Assembly (NCBI GenBank): GCA_963665295.1
Contig: OY762209.1
Span: forward strand, 3,808,001-3,872,000
Direction: 5' to 3'
From: Syntrophorhabdaceae bacterium
Lineage (GTDB): Bacteria > Desulfobacterota > Syntrophorhabdia > Syntrophorhabdales > Syntrophorhabdaceae
DNA length: 64,000 nt
Shown here: positions 60,171 to 64,000 of the stretch, piece by piece
Position numbering within the stretch: the stretch's first letter is position 1
Layout of the letters: every line of letters starts with the position of its first letter
The notes under the pieces: model-generated
The model's database searches: none
Seen by the model: only the letters and a program-made list of their open reading frames with translations
What the model was told of the DNA's origin: nothing
Made by a program: the position numbers and the translations under genes

Positions 60171-61340
60171 ATGAGAGAGAGATTACGATCGCGAATTGAG
60201 AAAATAAGGGAAAAGGGCAACTACCGGGAGATCCGGTATGTAAAGCCCGTGTCGGACACAACGATAGAGTATGAGGGAAGGGAGTACCTCAACCTCTGTT
60301 CCAACAGCTATCTGTCTCTCCATGCCCATCCGCAGGTAATAGAGGCGGCCAAAGCGGCGGTGGACGAATATGGGGCCGGCACGTGTTCATCCCGGAGCAT
60401 ATCGGGAAGCATCGAGCTCTATCGTATCCTCGAGAAGGAGATAGCGGCGTTCAAGGGCTACCCCGGGGGACTTGTCTTCTCCACCGGCTACATGGCGAAC
60501 ATGGGCGTCGTCGCCACCCTCACGGAGGAGAGGGACGTAATTTTCAGCGATGAACTGAATCACTCGAGCCTCATCGACAGCATGAGGCTTTCCAGGGCGA
60601 AGAAGGTTATCTTCCGCCACCGGGACCTGAACGATCTGGAGGAAAAGCTGAAGAAGGAACAGGCGAAGGGGGTCCGCTTCGTAATCTCCGAATCCGTGTT
60701 CAGCATGGATGGGGACATAGCGCCCATTGCCGGTTTTATGGAGCTGAAAAAGAAATACGGGTTTCTATTCATACTTGACGATGCACACGGTACCGGTGTA
60801 TTCGGACCCACGGGCAGGGGTGGTGCAGAGTCCTTCGGCCTCAACGCCCATATGGACGTGGAGATGGCGACATTCGGAAAATCCTTTGGTTCCTTCGGGG
60901 CGTTTGCTCTCGGCGACGGGATCGTCATCGAGTATCTTATCAACCGGGCGAGGACCTTTATGTACACAACCGCTCTATCGCCGGCGACCCTGGCCGCATC
61001 CATCGCGTCCGTGCGTCTGATCAGGGAAGATCCTTCCTTCAGAAACCAATTGTGGGACAACATCGAGTACATGAGAAGCCGACTCGTGAGTGCGGGCTTT
61101 GATCTCAAGGACAGTGTGGGTCCCATTATCCCCATCGTGGTCGGCGATGATGCAAAGGCGGTGGAGATGCAACACATTCTCATGGAAGAGGGCGTATTCA
61201 TACAGGCGGTGCGGCCTCCTACCGTTGCCCCGGGGACTTCCAGACTGAGGTTGACTGTCGTTCGTTCTTTCACAGGAAATGAGATGGACGTGGCCTTGGA
61301 CGCATTGAGGTATGGGGGACAAAAAGTCGGTATAATATGA
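60171..61340 (+). CDS. bioF: 8-amino-7-oxononanoate synthase
   Basis: SNSYL, GYMAN, SDELNHSS, ESVFSMDGD, DDAH, TFGK, VRPPTV..G.SRLR. Confidence 0.88.
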   Translation: MRERLRSRIEKIREKGNYREIRYVKPVSDTTIEYEGREYLNLCSNSYLSLHAHPQVIEAAKAAVDEYGAGTCSSRSISGSIELYRILEKEIAAFKGYPGGLVFSTGYMANMGVVATLTEERDVIFSDELNHSSLIDSMRLSRAKKVIFRHRDLNDLEEKLKKEQAKGVRFVISESVFSMDGDIAPIAGFMELKKKYGFLFILDDAHGTGVFGPTGRGGAESFGLNAHMDVEMATFGKSFGSFGAFALGDGIVIEYLINRARTFMYTTALSPATLAASIASVRLIREDPSFRNQLWDNIEYMRSRLVSAGFDLKDSVGPIIPIVVGDDAKAVEMQHILMEEGVFIQAVRPPTVAPGTSRLRLTVVRSFTGNEMDVALDALRYGGQKVGII

Positions 61341-61358
61341 CACAAGACGCAGGGAGAG

Positions 61359-61850
61359 CTACTTCTCGACCTGAAAGTTTGCTTTCTGCGTCATCTGCTG
61401 TTCTTCCGTGGCGATAGTGGTGGTGAGCACGTAGACACCGGAGGGAAGGTCCTTTGGGACCATAACCTGAAGAGTGGAGGTATGGAGGCCCTGGGCCCGG
61501 TCCGACTCCTGCCTTGAAAGCTCAACTGTGAGTCCCGGCCCGGAAAGGGTCAGTATCTCCGTTACCTTGAAGCGTTTTTCCTTTTGTGGGGAAAGGAGGG
61601 TGAATGCAACCTCCCGCGCTATCCGTTCTCCCGGCCTGACGGTCGCCGCCGACAGTTTCTGGGGCTCGACGATAAGTTCATCCCTGAGGCTCTGGTAACG
61701 ATATCGCCGGGCTGCCTCTTCCCTTTGATCGGGCGGCAGAAGAGTGGAACAGGCACAAATTGCAAGGCTGAGGAACATGAGGGGCAAGAAGACCTTCAAT
61801 GCCCTCGGGACCGCGAATCTGTCCCGGTTGTCATCGCCACGGGTATTCAT
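61359..61850 (-). CDS. Hypothetical lipoprotein with Ig-like beta domain
   Basis: Hydrophobic stretch ending CAC/S; VP.DLPSG.Y pattern; 8 nt after the BON gene. Confidence 0.6.
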   Translation of the reverse strand: MNTRGDDNRDRFAVPRALKVFLPLMFLSLAICACSTLLPPDQREEAARRYRYQSLRDELIVEPQKLSAATVRPGERIAREVAFTLLSPQKEKRFKVTEILTLSGPGLTVELSRQESDRAQGLHTSTLQVMVPKDLPSGVYVLTTTIATEEQQMTQKANFQVEK

Positions 61851-61858
61851 ATTTCCGT

Positions 61859-63304
61859 CTACCTCCCTACTACGAATATTATGTCCTTCACTGATTTGAT
61901 CGCTTTGAACCGTTTCACTGTGACCAGGGCCTTTTCCTTTACCTCAAGGGTCTGGACCGATCCTTTGAGCGTTGCTACACTATCAGCGGTCACCTCGGCT
62001 GTAACACCCTTAATTCCCGCCTCTTCCAGGGCTTTGTTCATCTCTTTCTCAACCTTTGCCGCGTCAAAGACCTCAGACTTTTTTTGGCCTCCCGTGGAAA
62101 AGCTGATTTTCAGACCGCCCTGTATGTGCCCGTTGGCGGTAAAATTTGCGATGGTTGCCTCCCAGCTGGGGCTGTCGGCAAAGTCTTTAGGGGTAATCCT
62201 GTAAGTCAACCTTAAGGGGCTTGGCCCGTCTTTGGCCCCGTGAGCCGCGCCCGTAGACGCGCTGTTTAACATGAGCGCCAACATGCCTCCCGATTCCCAG
62301 GTTGCTTCCACGGTGATCCTCCCCGGCCCGGGCACGCGGAACGTAAGGGAATCTTTGTATTTCAGAGAAGTCCAGCTTGAGGGGGTGAGAGGCGATAGAC
62401 TGAAATGCTTCGCCTCTGTGAAAGAGGCTGCCCTCGCTCCCTCTGTTGGGGAAGGAGACCGCTGTCCAATATGGGTACGGTCCAGGACTTCCTTTACTTC
62501 CAGGTGCCGGCGGACAATTGAAAGAGCCATCGCTTTTTCTCCTTGGTTGTGAAAGGTCCCTGTCATCGTCACACGGTACCTGCCGTCCACCTGGGCCAGC
62601 ACTCCCGACAGCCCGGCGCCGTCCAGTTCCTCGTTAAGTGCTCTTTCGGACTCCAACGGAGACGGAGCGATCCTGATGTTCTCTACTACCCGTTTTACTC
62701 CTCCGTGAGACCTTATTATGGCGAGGGCAGCCTCCCGGTCGGCCCTGGTCTCCACTTTGCCTGTCACGGAAACAACCGCGTCCTTATCGACTTTTACTTC
62801 AAGGCTGACTCCCCTTGTCTTGAGGGCCTCCCGGAGTTGCGATTCCATTTTTGCCGTGCCTCCGCGATAACCGCCGGGGAAAAAATAGGCACTGAAACCT
62901 CCGAGGACAAGGAGTATCAGAGCGACAACCAGGCCGGTGCGCAGTCTGCGACTGCCCCTGCCGCCGGTGATGTGATATCTTGCCTTGGAGGACGGCCTTT
63001 CATCGGGGGAGGGGACGGAGGTGATCTCGGGTTCGGAAGGGGTCAAAGGAGGAAGCACGTATCTCTTGACTTCTTCCAGGGCGCTGCCATCTTCCCCGCA
63101 GTACCGTGCCGGGGGAGAATAGAGGGCTCGACAGAGAGGGCAGAGACGCGCGGTGCCGCCATCGCCCGGAGGGGTAGAAGGGGCGGGACCATCGGCGGAT
63201 GCGGCGGCCGCCTTACGCAGTTCCTCGGATAGAGGCCTGCCGCATCCGCGGCAAAACTTTTCACCTTTTTTCACATAGGTATTACACGCAGGACAAACAC
63301 TCAT
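61859..63304 (-). CDS. Zinc-ribbon, TM helix and multi-BON-domain protein
   Basis: CPAC..CRGC and CPLC..CGEDG; TM; three segments like V...G.V...(A)...GV..V....I. Confidence 0.7.
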   Translation of the reverse strand: MSVCPACNTYVKKGEKFCRGCGRPLSEELRKAAAASADGPAPSTPPGDGGTARLCPLCRALYSPPARYCGEDGSALEEVKRYVLPPLTPSEPEITSVPSPDERPSSKARYHITGGRGSRRLRTGLVVALILLVLGGFSAYFFPGGYRGGTAKMESQLREALKTRGVSLEVKVDKDAVVSVTGKVETRADREAALAIIRSHGGVKRVVENIRIAPSPLESERALNEELDGAGLSGVLAQVDGRYRVTMTGTFHNQGEKAMALSIVRRHLEVKEVLDRTHIGQRSPSPTEGARAASFTEAKHFSLSPLTPSSWTSLKYKDSLTFRVPGPGRITVEATWESGGMLALMLNSASTGAAHGAKDGPSPLRLTYRITPKDFADSPSWEATIANFTANGHIQGGLKISFSTGGQKKSEVFDAAKVEKEMNKALEEAGIKGVTAEVTADSVATLKGSVQTLEVKEKALVTVKRFKAIKSVKDIIFVVGR

Positions 63305-63529
63305 AAGTTGTTATAAATGTATACCATTTATCTATTCATGTAAATAAGGCGAACCTGCCCCGGTTTCTCGGGAAAAGAGGTTTTCCCCGATCCCGATTTT
63401 GTACATAGAATCATTGTGAATAAAGGCGCAATAGGGGTTGACAAGGGTTCCGAAAATATGGTACAAAAATCTACACATGGTGCGAAACTACACACTATAT
63501 ATTGATAGTAAATTTAAGAAGGCGGGGTT

Positions 63530-64000
63530 ATGGATGCGCTAAATCTTTCAACAGGCACAGATTGGAGTTTTATTGAAGAGGTGACTGAAGAGAGCGGTCA
63601 GAAGTTGTCCCTCTGTTATCAGTGCGGGAACTGTACGGCCGGCTGTCCGTACACACAGTATTTTGATTACCCCGTAAGCCAGATCATGCGCCTTCTTCAA
63701 ACCGGCCAAAAGGAAACGATACTTTCATCGAAGGCGATATGGCTCTGCGCCACCTGCCAGACATGCACCACCAGGTGTCCATGTGAGGTCGATGTCGCGC
63801 TGGTGATGGACACCTTGAGGATGATTGCACGTCGCGAGAACAAAGTGGCGGAAAAGGACGTGAAGCTTTTTTACGATTCATTCCTTGCGTCATTGAAGGA
63901 GCATGGAAGACTGTTCGAGATGGGAACGCTTATGGCGTATAACGTCAAGTCAGGACATTTCCTTGCCGATGCCGAGTTGGGCCCGAAGGTTATGGAAAAA
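63530..64000 (+). CDS. hdrC: Heterodisulfide reductase subunit C-like Fe-S protein (runs off the window; absent from the ORF track)
   Basis: Hand translation MDALNLSTG...CYQCGNCTAGCP...IWLCATCQTCTTRCP..VD...VMDTLR...F..S...HGRLFE. Confidence 0.88.
   Translation, partial: MDALNLSTGTDWSFIEEVTEESGQKLSLCYQCGNCTAGCPYTQYFDYPVSQIMRLLQTGQKETILSSKAIWLCATCQTCTTRCPCEVDVALVMDTLRMIARRENKVAEKDVKLFYDSFLASLKEHGRLFEMGTLMAYNVKSGHFLADAELGPKVMEK

Overview
Gene-dense chromosomal window of an anaerobic Desulfobacterota/deltaproteobacterium. Glutaconyl-CoA decarboxylase alpha, HdrC, AOR and a NuoFG-like module suggest a syntrophic or aromatic-degrading lifestyle; the taxonomy is inferred, not shown. I found no rRNA, tRNA, CRISPR array, prophage or IS element. 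In order, the window holds: the end of a NuoF/NuoG-like Fe-S operon; rodZ; a tatA-folK-aor-aldolase-transaldolase unit; def-fmt; mltD; a ~16 kb MSHA-like type IV pilus locus; a GNAT; ferredoxin-pyrR-pyrB-pyrC; ruvCAB; an S1-like gene; an FKBP; a ferredoxin; secDF; an HD-CE-like/STAND-like/HEAT protein; serS; an Mla/MCE transporter; a repair and nucleoside-salvage region (two nth, ligA, polX, mtaD, mtnP); tkt; a purH variant; gcdA; bioF; a Zn-ribbon/BON protein; and the start of hdrC. The best candidate for an undescribed system is the pilus locus. It has two PilT ATPases and no PilB/MshE, one PilT carries a ~170-aa C-terminal beta-sandwich (CBM-like) domain, and a YfhO-type glycosyltransferase lies directly behind a Ser/Thr-rich, Cys-free pilin. 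The second candidate is the 766-aa HD-CE/STAND/HEAT protein between secF and serS. Two genes missing from the ORF track were read by hand: a 59-aa ferredoxin (28885-29064) and hdrC (63530 to window end). All family assignments come from motif recognition by eye, not database searches.
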